DNA from: the human T2T-CHM13v2.0 reference genome, Homo sapiens
Strand: one strand, 5' to 3'
NCBI RefSeq assembly: GCF_009914755.1
Contig: NC_060927.1
DNA length: 64,000 bases
How positions within the stretch are numbered: position 1 is the stretch's first letter; every line of letters starts with the position of its first letter. Shown one piece after another: positions 30,134-44,662 of this stretch. The translations under genes and the position numbers were made by a program. Below the pieces are notes generated by a model. That model did no database searches and had not been told where the DNA came from. It saw only the letters and a program-made list of their open reading frames with translations.

Positions 30134-30724
30134 GAAAGGGGTGGAGGGTCATCCCACTGTGCCCTTGTGGGAGGGGAACAGATGTGTCTCCAGTTCCAGC
30201 ACTGAGTCAAAGGTTTGCAATTCCCAGAGGGCTGGGGATCATGGATCTCAGGGGATGAGCTTGGTGGCAGGGGTCTGCTGGTGCTTAGAGGCTGGAACCA
30301 CTTTGGAGAAGGAAGGTTCGGCTGTGGCCTTCGTTGACCAGCGGGACCTTTCTGATGCACTTCCGGAAATAGGAGCACAAGGGGATGCAGAGATGGTCCC
30401 TATTTCCTTTCTGTATTTATTTTGGTATTAGATGAATTTGAATTTGTCTGAGGACCCTTCAACTTGGTTTTTAGCTTAGCCCTTTTGGACCCAAACAGTC
30501 TGTGAAAATTTTATTTTGTACATGACTTTACATAAAGAATTACGGGCATTTCATTGGCATTTCATGGAAGACCATTGCTGCAGAAGAGATACCTAACTTT
30601 TTTGAAGTTGCACATTTGTTTTGTCAATTCCTTAGACAGGGAGCATATAAAGCACAGGTCAGCTGCTCAGGGCCTGGAGCCAGACCAGTTTTGGAGTAGG
30701 GCCCTGTCACACACTAGCTGTGGG

Positions 30725-31956
30725 AGAGGCCAGTTTCCCATGAAGCTGATGACAATTAAACTCCAGGGTTTCTCCCTTCATAGGCTCCTTCCAAGGCTCT
30801 GGGAGGGACCCTAGCCCTGTGACCAATGCAGTCGGGGAATTGTGACTACTCTCTCTTTCTACTCTGACTTCTTCTTGGTCTCTCTCTGCCTTGTGTAGGG
30901 TGGCACTGGAATGCCCAAAGGCATTTTGAGGATCTGGCTAGGGAGCAGTTGAGTGGGGAATATGTGGCTCTAACTGCAATTCGGAAAGTCATTCTGAAAT
31001 GTGTCAATAAAACAAGTGAAAACATTACAGCTTCTGATTTGAACATAGGTGAATGGTACATTTTAAATGGTCACCTTTAAACTTATTAAAGAACTGACAG
31101 AAAATTCATATAAAGATAGAAACATGAAATAGAAATGACGGAGGTGAGCAATAAAATCGCTAGACACCGAGGAGGCTTCGAACAAACACTTTTCAGATCA
31201 TATCAAACTCACTCAATCATTAACAGAAAGGTAAATTTTATCCATTCATTTGCAGCCAGAGAAAATAGTGACTAAAAATGATGAAGACGCTCCTGGAGTT
31301 TTAATAATCCAGCTAGTGATGAGGAGTGAATCACATGAACACACTGGGAAAAAACAAATTTCTTGCTTATTTGACGCAAGACAAAGGTAACATGAAATTC
31401 ATATTAAGTCATTATAATGAGGAGGTCTGTTCACAACAAACAGCTTAATGAATGTTGTCAACTCAGCAATATTGATTTAAGGTTCATCATTGACAGGTAA
31501 GCTTGAAATGCCCTGAAATCTTGCAGCTCAGATATGAAAGAAACTTGATAGAGCTTTCCCCAAATTTGACAACAACCCTAAGGATTTATCTACTGTCATC
31601 TGTAATGAGTCACGAAGCTGAAAATAATAAAGACAAAATTTGATCAATCACACTATGGGAAAGAAATTCTTATTCTGTTTTCTTTGTAGAAAAAGTACGC
31701 AGCCAACAAATGTAAGAAAAAATATGATAGATATATGTCAGGTAGATGATGAAAATCACTGTTATCACTGTCATTTTTCCAGATTTTATGATATTTGTAA
31801 TACTTTTACATTTGTAATTTGTTGCAATTTCTTTCCCCACTGTAAATAATCACTTACATATCTAAATTTGTACTTGTAGTTTTATATTCTTTTCCTTAAA
31901 GCAGGCATCTTGAAATTGTATAAGTTTTAAGCCCCACAAAACCTGGTTCTGCCCTA
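30725..31956 (+). mobile_element. Zaphod-like hAT (Tip100 group) DNA transposon fossil, internally deleted, inserted in a MIR
   Basis: 5' end ggccagtttcccatgaagctgatga...ccttccaaggctctgggagggaccctag and 3' end gccccacaaaacctggttctgcccta. From 31512 it translates PEILQLRYERNLIELSPNLTTTLRIYLLSSVMSHEAE, resembling the hAT C-terminal dimerisation motif. Confidence 0.75.
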
Positions 31957-32712
31957 CAGCTACATGACCCTGAAGAAGTGATGTGCATGTTCTGAATGTC
32001 AGTTTCCTCATGGCAGACTGGGCTTGATACAGATCTCTGATTCTTAGTTAAGGGTTTTAAATGAGAGAACGAAGAAGAAGTGTTTAGCACAGAAGATGTG
32101 GGGGAACACTCCGTTAGAATCATCCATTTATTAACTCAGTAGGCATGGATTAAGCACCAAAACGTTCAGGCATTGCAGCTTCAGCAAAGAACACGATGGA
32201 GAAAGTTCCTGCCCTTGAGAAGCTTATGTTCTGGTTTATTCTAATTATTATGGTTGTTTAGCACTCTCACTTTAGGCTGTCTTTGGGCTCCTAAAAGTGC
32301 TGCTGGCTCCTTACCTTTTCAAATTGAATGAGTAAAATTAATTGGTTTTGAAAATTCTGTGCCACCTTTTGAATGTGTGGTCTTCCCTGTAATGTTGCAG
32401 AGACAGAGCTGGAAACGATGGCTCAATGTCCACTAGAGTCCTGCAGGAGAGTGAGGTTGGCATTCACAGTTTGTAATTTGGCATTCTGAGTGGTTGGTGG
32501 CACAGGTGGAGCAGCTCAGCATGGAGCTCATCACAGGTCCTTGAAAGGGGCCTGTTGAGTGGCCCTGGGAACTTCAGAATAGCAGAGTCCTTATGGAACC
32601 AGGACACAGAGATTACTCACTTCTCTATGGGTTACCTATCCTCATAGGTGCTGGAGTAACGCATCAGTTTGGAAATACCATTTTCTGCATGAGTAGCTTC
32701 TCAAAGCATAGC

Positions 32713-33020
32713 TTTCTTTCTTTCTTTCTTTCTTTTTTTTGAGACGGAGTCTCACTGTCACCCAGGCTGGAGTGCATTGGCGCGATCTCGGCTCACTGCA
32801 GGCTCTGCCCCCCGGGGTTCACGCCATTCTCCTGCCTCAGCCTCCTGAATAGCTGGGACTACAGGCGCCTGCCACCTCGCCAGTCTAATTTTTTGTATTT
32901 TTAGTAGAGACGGGGTTTCACTGTGTTAGCCAGGATGGTCTCGATCTCCTGACCTCGTGATCTGCCCGCCTCAGCCTCCCAAAGTGCTGGGATTACAGGC
33001 GTGAGCCACCGCGCCCGGCC
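32713..33020 (-). mobile_element. AluY, Ye5-like subfamily
   Basis: Diagnostics gcaggctc, ccccccggggttc, ccacctcgc and a 2-nt deletion (ctcactgtc). TSD AGCATAGCTTTCTT. Confidence 0.93.
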
Positions 33021-33489
33021 AGCATAGCTTTCTTAAAGCTGGAGAGGAGTCAGGAAGGGAGAGTGCACACATGATTCTGAGGACCAGTGGGTTGGTTTTC
33101 CATTTAGACCCTCTGAGTCCAAGCATCTGCTGAAATTTATTTATAGGTTTACAGAAAGGGTCTTGGTTATGCTACAGCAGAAGCCCAGTGTGCTGGCTTT
33201 GGTCCAGTTTTGGAAAGCTGATATATTTGACTCTTTTTGTTTTATTTTAGGAGCATGCTGTACTGGTAGAATCAAATAAGGAAGGAGTGATTTGTGAGCA
33301 CAATGCTATTTTTTAATTTTTAATTTTTTTGAGTGTGGGTAACTTGGTTGGAGGTCTGATAATCGCTTGGTCATTTAGAACAGCTACATTCAGTTATTAA
33401 AATCTCAGATCTAGAGAATCTATTTATTATCTTCTTGTGCTGTGAATCTGTTTTTGACATGTAAATAGATTGCAAGTTCTGGAATGACT

Positions 33490-33625
33490 TGTCCTGTAGA
33501 ACTCCAGATATAGTCTGTGAGCCCTTTTAGGCCAGAGACCTCATCTGCTAAGTCCTAGGAATCAGCACAGTGCCTGGCACTTAGCAGGTGCTCAATAAAT
33601 ATTTATTGAATGAATGAATGAATAG
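33490..33625 (+). mobile_element. L2 3' terminus
   Basis: agcacagtgcctggcacttagcaggtgctcaataaatatttattgaatgaatgaatgaat. Confidence 0.85.
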
Positions 33626-33939
33626 AAGATGAGTGAATGAAGGAAGGATCATATAAGTTAACAGCGTTTCCAAGGTGAAGAAGGAGGCCTCTTCTTCCGA
33701 AATAAATTCATATGGTATTCATTTAAGGCATGCTAAAGAAGACTCAGTTAAATAAAGTTTACTTCAAAAATAAATGTTGTGCTTTGAGAATAAACCTTTT
33801 CCTATGTTGAGACAGAATAAAGTGATTTGCCACTCTAGAGGCATAACTCAAAATGGGAAACATGTAAATATGTGTCAAGGTAACTAAGCTGTTTGCTAGG
33901 AGTCAGCATAGACCCATGAGTTATCCCGCGGGATTTAAG

Positions 33940-34120
33940 TTAGAGAACCTGGGCTCCAAACCCAGCTCTGGCACACACTGGCTGAGTGGTCTTGACTAAG
34001 AAATGGAAGCTCTCTGAGTTTTCTCATCTATATAATGGGAATAATAATAATGACTTCTTCATAGAGTTGTTGGAAAGATTGAATAAGATAATGCTTGGCA
34101 CAAAGTAAGTGCTCAGTAAG
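33940..34120 (+). mobile_element. MIR
   Basis: cctgggctccaaacccagctctg...ttctcatctatataatgggaataataata...ggcacaaagtaagtgctcagtaa. Confidence 0.8.
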
Positions 34121-35435
34121 GATTTCTCCTCCCCACCTCCTTCCCTTCCTTTCCTTCCTGTTCCTCCTCTTTTCCCTCCTGCTAATTAATCTGGGAATTG
34201 GCGATTGCTCTTGCTCATTTCCACAGCTGATCTCCAGGAAGCAAATTAGAGTCTGGGAATGACTGGGGAACTTTCTGTAGGCCACTGTTCAGCTCAACCT
34301 GGCAGTAACATCTTTGCATGCCTTTGACTGTTCAGAAAGGAAATACATAAAGATTCTCATCTCGTGATTTTACAAGAGTCTGCTACTTACAATTTTGCTC
34401 ATTTAATTAATGACTATCCCCTTCCTATACCCACTCTCACCGTAAGTTGAATTTCACCAGCATTTCAAGTCCTCTGGGATTGCTCTGTGCTCCTTTTACT
34501 TCTTGGCATGCAAACCACTTTTGTTTTCCTTTTAAGAGATTTAACTGGGCTGGGTGAGAAACTGACATCGAAGACAGTTTCCTATGGACTTGGGCCTTGA
34601 AGGTGACTGATGTTTTAAAAGCTATTAGTGATATAGAGAAGCCAAGCAAAACTCGCCCTTCAGGAGAGGTCCCCACGACTCTCTAAAGCACGCCTATCTT
34701 TTAACTCCTCCATGATAATTCAAGGTCGAGCTCATCCGTGGTGGTGGCTCGATTTTGCTCTTTTTGTACATTATTTATGTAATATGCGGGTTGTGAGGGA
34801 GTGTGGATGTGGATGATTCATAGGCAGGAGTGGTTAGAAACAGATTGCAGAAGCCCAGCTCCTCTTACTTGGGTGTCCCCCACCACCCCCAAGCTGCTTC
34901 ATCTGCTGCCCCCTGCATGCCCTCCAGCGGCTACCGGGGCTAAATGCGGCCCTCAGGACTCCCCCAGGCAGCAACCCTGTGGAGCAGCAGGGCACATGGG
35001 CCCTTTAGAGGCCCTCCACCTGCAACAGATCCTGGGGACACACCCACCTCCCAAGATGTAACTCTCATAAAAAAAAAAAAACCTAAACCATAAAATAGCA
35101 TAAGGGATTCTAAAAAAGTTATGATGACTACTTCAGTGCTTATTTTTTGAAATACCAAGTTTTTAAAAAAGTTTCTCATTTTTGTGTTGCTGCCCCTGCT
35201 TTTCTAGGATATGCCTGGCACCTGTGCTTAGCCTATTTATTGGGTAGCCCAGTGACCAGCAGGCAGGCTGCTTTCTTCTCATGGCTAAACTGTAGAGGAA
35301 GCTTTCTCAACTTTTTATAAGTTTCATCCCAATCAGGAGACCTGCCTTCAGGGGACACCCAAGACTCTCTGTTGTATTGGGGAAGAGCCCTGACTGTGGA
35401 GTTAAACAGGCTTGGTTAGGAGATGCATTAGTTCT

Positions 35436-35835
35436 GTGTATCGGTTATCTATTGTGAACATGATGCTGTGGAATAAAACTCACCAGCACCTCCATGGCAT
35501 ACACAGCATTTGTTATTCACACTTCAGGGGTGTCTAGGCAGCTCTGTTGATCTTGAGTGAGCTTCCTCACATATCTGGGGGTGATGGGGTGTCTGGACTC
35601 TGGGCTACATAGCTCATCCTCCAGCAGGCTAGCCTGAGCATGCTCTCAAGTGAATATAGGCCCAGCCACATAAATACTTTTTAAGCCTGTTTGCAGCACA
35701 TTTGCTAACATCTCAGTGACCAAAGCAAGTCACATGGCCAAACCCAGAGTTGAAGTGGATGTACACATTACATGAGAAAGAGCTTGGAAACATGGAGGAG
35801 TGAAGAATTGGGGTCATTTTTGTAATCTATTATAC
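35436..35835 (-). mobile_element. Old MLT1 MaLR LTR, nested in a MIR
   Basis: tgtatcggttatctattg...ctcatcctccagcaggctagcctg...gaccaaagcaagtcacatggccaaacccagagt. Confidence 0.7.
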
Positions 35836-36082
35836 TGTGTGGGCTTGGGAAAGTTAACTGAACTCTTTGAGCCCCACTTTTCCCTTCTCTTGGAAAAGGT
35901 CTCCTGATCTCTAGCCATCAAGTGTGTGTGAGGATCAAATAAGAGAATTTGATTAGACGGGTATGATTCATGGTTGTTTAAGCTTACAAAATTGCTGTGA
36001 AACTGATATTAACCACGTTTCCAGGCTAAGGGAAGTAAATGGATACCCCTTTGGTTGGTTTCTTCATTTGAAGATTAGATAC

Positions 36083-36478
36083 TGTATTAGTCACGGTTCT
36101 CCAGGGAAACAGAATCAACAGGGTGTATATCTATATGAGAAATTTATTTTAAGAAATTGGCTCATGTGATTGGTGGGTCCAAAATCCCATGGGGCAGGCC
36201 AGCAGGCGACTATGGAAGAGTTGCAATTCAAGTTCAAAGGCAGAATTCCTGGCGGAATTCCTTTTTGCTCAGTAGAGGTCAATCTTCATTATTAATAGAC
36301 CTTTAACTGATTGGATGAGGCCCACTCATATTATGGAGGGCAATCTGCTTTACTCAAAATTGACCTATTTAAATGTTAATTTCATCCAACACCCTCACAC
36401 AAACATCCAGAATAATGTTTGATCAAATATCTGGGCACCGTGGCCCAGCCAAGTTGATGCACAAAATTAATCAACACA
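36083..36478 (-). mobile_element. MLT2 (ERVL) solo LTR
   Basis: tgtattagtcacggttctccagggaaacagaa...actgattggatgaggcccac...ccagccaagttgatgcacaaaattaatcaacaca. Confidence 0.88.
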
Positions 36479-36509
36479 AGTACTATGGGCTCAGCTCTAT
36501 AATTAATTA

Positions 36510-36865
36510 TTAATTCAACAAATATTTATTGAGTGCCTACTTGTACCTGGCACTATGTTTATCCATCAGAGTATAGCAGTTAACGTGCTGTCAACCCTGC
36601 CTTCAAAGCACTTACATTCTAGTAAGAGATAATGAAGCAGCTAACAACAAAGCCTGCCAAATGCTGCGAGAGCTGCCATTTGTGGCGTGTACTTCCTGAA
36701 TGAAGCTTCCTGCATACATCACCTCACTTAATGCCCACAAACGAACCATTAGGTAGGCATCGTCATCCCTGCTTTGCAAATGAGGTTTGGAGAGATTAAG
36801 TGAGCTCTCTGGAGGTCAAATAGCTCATAAGTGGCAGCGCCAGGACTGAGTTCACATCTGCCTGA
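36510..36865 (-). mobile_element. L2 3' end followed by a MIR fragment
   Basis: attcaacaaatatttattgagtgcctac; tttgcaaatgagg...gagagattaagtga. Confidence 0.65.
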
Positions 36866-37847
36866 TGCCCAGGCCCGGGCTGTTGGTAGCTCCACTGTCA
36901 CTCACACCCTTGTCTGTGGCCTCTCACAGACAGAAGAGCAGAGAAGCTAGAGGATTGTGGGAGCCTGAGGTCAACCTAGAGGTGGACCATCAGAAGCTGG
37001 GGATGGCATCTCTGCTGCTCCCTGTGAGAGACACGTGCCCTTCTGCCCCTGCTGGCCAGTTTGCTTTGCTACTTTGAGCCTCTGGGATGTGGGTGGCAAA
37101 CAGGCCACCAACATTATTGTGGAGTCTGAAAGTCCATCTTGGTAAACAACCTCTCAGTATTCTCATCTTTGAAAGGGACAAATGAGTGTGTGTCTCTGTG
37201 TAGGTAGCGAGAGGGAGGATTTGAGTCCTTTCCAGGAAAGTCACCTCTTCATTCATTCTGCCCAGAGACATGCTCTGGGTGAGTGTGTGTAAAGACACAC
37301 ATATGTAATATTTTCAGACTTTATCATACTTCCAAGCAGCTCATGGGGGGGTGCAGATGGAACTGTATGCTAATGGGTGTGGGGGAAGCGTGCTACCCAC
37401 ATAAGGATTGCTCCTAAGTATGTTTAAAGCAACCTATCCGCTAAGGGGCTTCTCTCCTTAGCAGTTAGCTCTGGGAAGAACACGGCTATGCACACATTCG
37501 CCGTTGGCCTGGGGTATGCTGGCCAAAAAGCATGGCCTGGCCCACAGATGAGGAACCTGTGGAGGCGGGGGAGAAGGGGGCGCTTTATGTAAGTGGTTTT
37601 TAGACAGATGGAGGATTCATTTTAATTGCATAAAAGGCAGTCTTTCTTGAGTGGAGATGTAGGTCCTTTTGCAAACCTGTGCTAGACAAATCTTTGCTGC
37701 TGCTGCTTTTCTAAACACCCCTCTATTTCCATGAGAATTGCTCCTTAGTGTGTCGAGTTCTAACTGGGCCATTTGCCTGCTCAACCTTCCCCTCACTCAG
37801 GGTAAGTTCATCCCAGTCGTGATGCTGCCATCTGAAGAATTGTTTGA

Positions 37848-38427
<580 letters not shown>

Positions 38428-38441
38428 TGCCATCTGAAGAG

Positions 38442-38733
38442 TTTTTTTTTTTTGAAACGGAGTCTGGCTGTTGCCCAGGCTGGAGTGCAGTGGCGCGATC
38501 TCGGCTCACTGCAGGCTCCGCCCCCCGGGGTTCACGCCATTCTCCTGCCTCAGCCTCCCGCCTAGCTGGAACTACAGGCGCCCACCACCTCGCCCGGCTA
38601 ACTTTTTGTATTTTTAATAGAGACGGGGTTTCACCATGTTAGCCAGGATGGTCTTGATCTCCTGACCTCGTGATCCGCCCGCCTCGGCCTCCCAAAGTGC
38701 TGGGATTACAGGGGTGAGCCACCACGCCCGGCC
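38442..38733 (-). mobile_element. AluY, Ye5-like subfamily
   Basis: gcaggctccgccccccggggttcacgcc, ccacctcgcccggc and the 2-nt deletion near the tail. Confidence 0.93.
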
Positions 38734-39889
38734 AAGTTTTAAGCCAAGTTGTAACTGAACCGTGGTTTTGAGAAATGGATAGGTGGGTGTTTACAACACG
38801 GGACATTGGGAAGAGGGAACAAAACAGGTTCAGAGAAGTTGTTTTCAAGTTGTGCATGAATGGATGGTCCAACTTCAGGGAACCTATTGAGTTCTGAATC
38901 TTTGCCCCGTTAAAGTCCACAGTCCACCCTGTTAGAGTCCATTGGGAGAAGGCCCAAGTTCTCCCAGAGTAAACACCCTTGAGACAGGAGCCTGGTGTCC
39001 AGCATCTCCCTCTTCAGAGCTCATGCTGCAACCACCGTTAGTGGCCCATAGCTCAGGGACCTGGGTGGGCCAGGAGGCTGGCTTCCTAGATATGCGTTGG
39101 GCTGAATACGCTGAGTGTAACAAGAAAAACATCAGGTTGGATCACTGGTTTCTGTGCAGCTATAATCAAGGTGAAATTACTTATCCTGTTTATTTTATCA
39201 GTGACAAGTGAGTAAAACCTGATCTTCTCCAGCAGGAAGCTGGAGCTCCAGCAATGCAAGCTCATTGCTCTGCAGAATGAGCTTTTCCCAAGAAAGAACA
39301 AGAGTTTGCTGTGCAGTTCAGGGAGACCCTTTGACAAGGCTGTTCTGAACTGGTGGAAGGAAGTTCAGTTCAGGTATTGGTTCTTGTAAGGACCGTGCCA
39401 ATTTTGTTAATCTCTGTATAGCTGGTGTTCTTTATTGAGAAGCACACAATCAATGTTTGTTAGCTAAATGAATGACTGTATTGAGACCAGCCAGAGTAGA
39501 GGCACCCTCGACCAAGAGAATCCTCACCCACTGTAAACCATATAGTACATGAAACCCAGCTCTCGTGTAGGTTGCTCAGGACAACTCTCTCAGGGAAAAA
39601 GAAGGGACGCAGGATCTTCTCAGACTTTGTCTCTCCACCCCGCAAGTCACAGACATCTGAAGAGCAGAGATTTCCTTCTCTGGCCTGTCCATCTTCACCC
39701 TTTACCACGTATCTCTCTTCCTTGGCACTTTTGTCTTCTCCCGTAAGTAGCATGTTTTATCATCTCTATGCCTTTGCATGTGTCATCACCCCTGCCTGGA
39801 ATGCCTGCCCACTCATCTGGTGGAGTCTCACTCAGCCTACAGGCAAAGATCTCACGCTTCTGGACAGGCAGTCCTGTGTGGAGCTGGAT

Positions 39890-40105
39890 CCTCAGCCTCA
39901 GGGGCCAGCCTGCCTGGATTTCCGTCTTGAGGCATTTAGGACTTACCATTTGGGACTGTGGCAAGTTGCCCAAGTCACCTAATAATTCCGGACCTTGATT
40001 TTTCATCTGGCAAATAGGAATTACAAGTAGGACCCAAATCAGAGGATTGTTCTAAGGGCTGAATTAGTGAATATGCACAAAGTACATGGAACAGAGCCTG
40101 GAACA
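39890..40105 (+). mobile_element. MIR
   Basis: caagtcacctaa...gatttttcatctggcaaataggaatta...gaggattgtt...acagagcctggaacacag. Confidence 0.6.
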
Positions 40106-41305
40106 CAGCCCTTAGGACCCACCGGCCACCTCTACGTTGCAATTCCCTTCTCTTCTGCACCCCTGTCAGAGCTGTTTTCACCTTTGTCTCCCCGAACCAC
40201 TTTGCTCTCATCTCTTTCCAACTCAGCACCTTGGCTGCTCCCCTCACTGATTCAACAACTGCCAGGGGTTTCCCCATTCTCACACAATTACATTCAAGCT
40301 CCTTAGCAGAATTCAAGGTGTTCCATTTTGCAGGCCAAATTTGACAACATATTTTCCCTGCTACTTCCCTACCCACAGCTGATGTCCCTGCCTGAATGCA
40401 CTCTGTCTGTGCCCTCTTACCTCCTGGCTCTGTCCGGCTCTGGCCATTCCATGGCTCTGTCCTTCCCCCACCTCTGCCTGCTCAGGCTTCTGCCCCTGGG
40501 GGAGGGAAGCGCATGCAGCCTGGGTGGGCCTTCCTCCACAGGCAGGCTTCTAATACTCTCAGCTGAGTTCTGAAGGTCAGTCTCTGCACTCACATGCAGA
40601 AAGGTAGCACAGTCCTGGGATCACATTCCAAGGTACATTGTATGTTGCAGCAAAATGAAACCCATTAGCTTATAGAAGGTTAATGTTCCATTGCCACCCA
40701 AAGTGCCCTGATTTGCTTACCTCTTTGTGATGTTGGTTTTCTTACACTGAATTTGGTTTCTTCAGGGACCAACCTCAGTCATCTTGAGGAATTCTAATTT
40801 AGAAAATATGAAGGCAACTGTGAATGCTATAGAATGGGTCACTGCATCTTATTGTCCCTAAATACGCATAGCTTTAAAAAATCATCAGTTAATGTTTCCT
40901 ATGTAGCAGAAAATGTGTATCACATAATGTTGGAGGAAAAAAGTCAGAACGCAAAATTGCATTTACAATATGACAATAACTATGTAGGAAGCATGTGGGT
41001 CAGGATAGAATAGCTATAGACTAAGAAAATAGCTTTATTTGTTGGAGAAATGGGATTATAGACAACTTTATTCTTCCTTTTACTATTGTTATGTTAATAT
41101 CACTGCTATTATGTAAAATACAAACATCAATTATATTAGTAGTTATCATGTATGGTATCATATTAATAATATGATAAACACATACTCATTCTGAGTCCTT
41201 GATCTCTGCATTATCTCATTTAATCTTCCAGCATGACTGTGAGGTGGGGACGTTCACCTCTGGTTATGGATGAGAGAGTAGTCACCCAAAGTGTCACAAC
41301 CACTA

Positions 41306-41744
<439 letters not shown>

Positions 41745-41881
41745 CTACTGAGAAGGAAAAAACTTTAAAATAAAAAATAGCCCATAATGTTCACCCCCAA
41801 GACAAACCACTGTCAACCCTTTGGACATGTCTTCCAGAATGTTACATGTCTTCCAAGGCATTTTCTCTCACTTGCTTCCAC

Positions 41882-42174
41882 TTTTTTTTTCGAGATGGAG
41901 CCTTGCTCTGTTGCCTAGGCTGGAGAGCAGTGGCACGATCTTGGCTCACTGCAACCTCTTTCTCCTGGGTTTGAGCGATTCTCCTGCCTCTGCCTCCTGA
42001 AGTAGCCGGGATTACAGACGTGTGCCATTATGCCTGGCTCATTTTTGTATTTTTAGTAGAGATGGGGTTTCACCATGTTGGCCAGGCTGGTCTTGAACTC
42101 CTGACCTTAAGTGATCCGCCCACCTCATCCTCCCAAAGTGCTGGGATTACAGGCGTGAGCCACCGCACCTGGCC
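41882..42174 (-). mobile_element. Alu (AluSx/Sz-like)
   Basis: Full reverse dimer. TSD-like c(t/c)tccactt. Confidence 0.95.
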
Positions 42175-43424
42175 ACCTCCACTTATTCTTAAACCTTAAT
42201 CTGGAGTCTAGAGCCTAGAAAAGTCATGAAATTACTGTTGGCTGGAAGAATTTTCTCTTGTGAAACCTGAGATAAGAATGACAGGAATTGGAGTTTTGAA
42301 TGGAATGCACTGATCCCACTGACAGAATTAGGCGGGCTAAAGGGAAACCTTGTGCCCTAGCGGCTGTTCTAATTCTCACACTTCAATGGCTTTGGAGAGT
42401 CGACATATTCCAAGAACACTTGAAAATCTTCTTTAACTAAAAAATTGAGCTTTCAAACACCTTATGCATATCTGGAACAAAAAATAAAGACCATGTCATC
42501 ACAAAAGCTCTATAAAATTATAAAACAATTCGGTACTCAAAGACTTATGGTTTTCCTGCAATGTCAGTGGTATCAGGAGATAATCCAGACATTCCTAATA
42601 TTTTCATTTGGTTCAAATATTTAATGAAGTTCATTTAGAAAGAATGTCTTTATTAGTTTAGGAGTGATTGCAGTCTTCCTTGGGCATTGAGTTCTGTTAT
42701 ACAGACATAACTTTATGAAGGGTTTGTGTGATGTGAATGCAACTGAGCCGGTCGTGATTTATCCTTTATTCATTCATGTATTCATTTATTAATTCGTCCA
42801 GTAAATATGTGTTGAAAAACAATCATATGAATATCTTTCTAAGTGCATTTGTTATAAAATCATAGTCAAGGGCATTGCCTATTATGTATATCAATGTTCT
42901 ATGTATAAAGTCCGTGTGAAAAATTTCTTTTAGAATTAAGTTCCATAAAAATGCTTTAGCTCACTTGAGTTACACCAAGCCCTCTCCTTTCTGATAATAG
43001 CCACTTATTCTTGTGTTTCCCATTTTGCCCCGACTGCCAGGAAACTCAGGGATACTCTTTATGCTCAATCATAAGCATCATTTTAAACTCATGGTTGGTT
43101 TATTTGTCTCTTTCTCCTTTTATGGCCCTGATTTTCTGCTTTACAACCTTAGTATGTATCTATTCCTTTGACAGCCTGCCTCAATTATTTCTGGAAAAAG
43201 TTCATGGGGAGGGGGGCAAAAATTCAAGGCACAGCCCTGGACATCCTCATCAAACACCTATCAGTTGAAACTAGATAGCGGGGGGCCAGGGAAGGTGCAT
43301 AACATTTTGAATGTACTAAATGCCTCACGTTAAAATGGCTAATTTAAGTAAGGTTAATTTTGCTTCAACACAAATTTTTGAAAACAAAGCCTATCAGTGA
43401 TCAACTGACTTTGATGATGATGAC

Positions 43425-43744
43425 TGATATGATTTGGTTGTGTCCCCACCCAAATCTCATCTTGAAGTGTAGCTCCCATAATTCCCATGTGTTATGGGAG
43501 GGATCCGGTGGGAAACAACTGAATCATGGGGGTGGTTCCCCCATACTATTCTCATGGTAGTGAATAAGTGTCATGGGATCTGATGGTTTTATAAGGGGAA
43601 AGCTCTTTCGCTTGGCTCTTATTCTCTCTTGTCTGCCACCATGTGAGACGTGCCTTTCACCTTCTGCCATGATTGTGAGGCCTTCCCAGCCACATGGAAC
43701 TATGAGTCCATTAAACCTCTTTTTCTTTATAAATTACTAATACA
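43425..43744 (+). mobile_element. THE1 (THE1B/C-like) solo LTR with a deletion in U5
   Basis: tgatatgatttggttgtgtccccacccaaatctc...ttataaatta joined directly to ctaataca. TSD ATGAC / ATGAG. Confidence 0.9.
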
Positions 43745-44349
43745 ATGAGATAGTAACGACTAGACTCTAGTAGAAGACAGAGTGCTTTCTGTGATTGCCA
43801 ATAGGAACAATGGGAAAGTCCTCCAGGGAACTGGCCTCACTGCTGTCTAAGGGCAATGATCAACATTGGCAAGGTTTACAAGGCAGTCACACAGCTGGGT
43901 TCAAGAACTCCCTTCCCCATCTCCAACCTCTCTTCAGTCATCTTAAAAAAGAAAACAACAAAAGCTTTATTATTTTTAATTACATAGGCAGAAATGTTCA
44001 TTGTGGAAGAATCGGCAACATGATAATAATAATAAAGTCATAAAAATCACCCATAATAGCCAACTCGAGTCACTGTTGACATTTTGTGCTTGCCTTCTAG
44101 ACTTCTGTATTGCTCTATCAAGATATGCATTCAGTCATCCATTTCTCTGTCTTTTCTAAAGGGTGGTCCCCAGAACACTGGTCTCAGGGTTAAGTAAGTT
44201 TAGAAATGAGGCACCCTAGCACCTCCTCTTGGAGATTCATGGTGTACACTGGCATATTAAAAGATTTGAGAAATTTAAGAGACAAGAAGCTCATTTCACT
44301 CTCATTAATCTAGAGTTTTTCCAACATACTTGAGCATTAAATTCTTATT

Positions 44350-44662
44350 TTTTCTTTTCTTTCCTCTTTTTTTTTTTTTTGAGATAGGGTCCCTCTCTGT
44401 CACCCAGGCTGGAGTGCAGTGGTGTGATCATAGCTGACCACAGCCCTCGATCTCCTAGGACTAAGGATTCCTCTACACCTCAGCCTCCCAAGTAGCTGGG
44501 GCTACAAGTGCATGCCACCATGCCCAGATAATTTTTTAAATTTTTTGTAGAGATGGAGTCTTGCTATGTTGCCCCAGGTCTTGAACTCCTGGCCCCAAGT
44601 GATCTTCCCTCCTTGGCCTCCCAAAGTGTTGGGATTACAGTTGTGAGCCACTGTACCCAGCA
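44350..44662 (-). mobile_element. AluJ
   Basis: gagatagggtc...gtgtgatcatagct...cccaaagtgttgggattacag. TSD-like cttattt. Confidence 0.92.
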
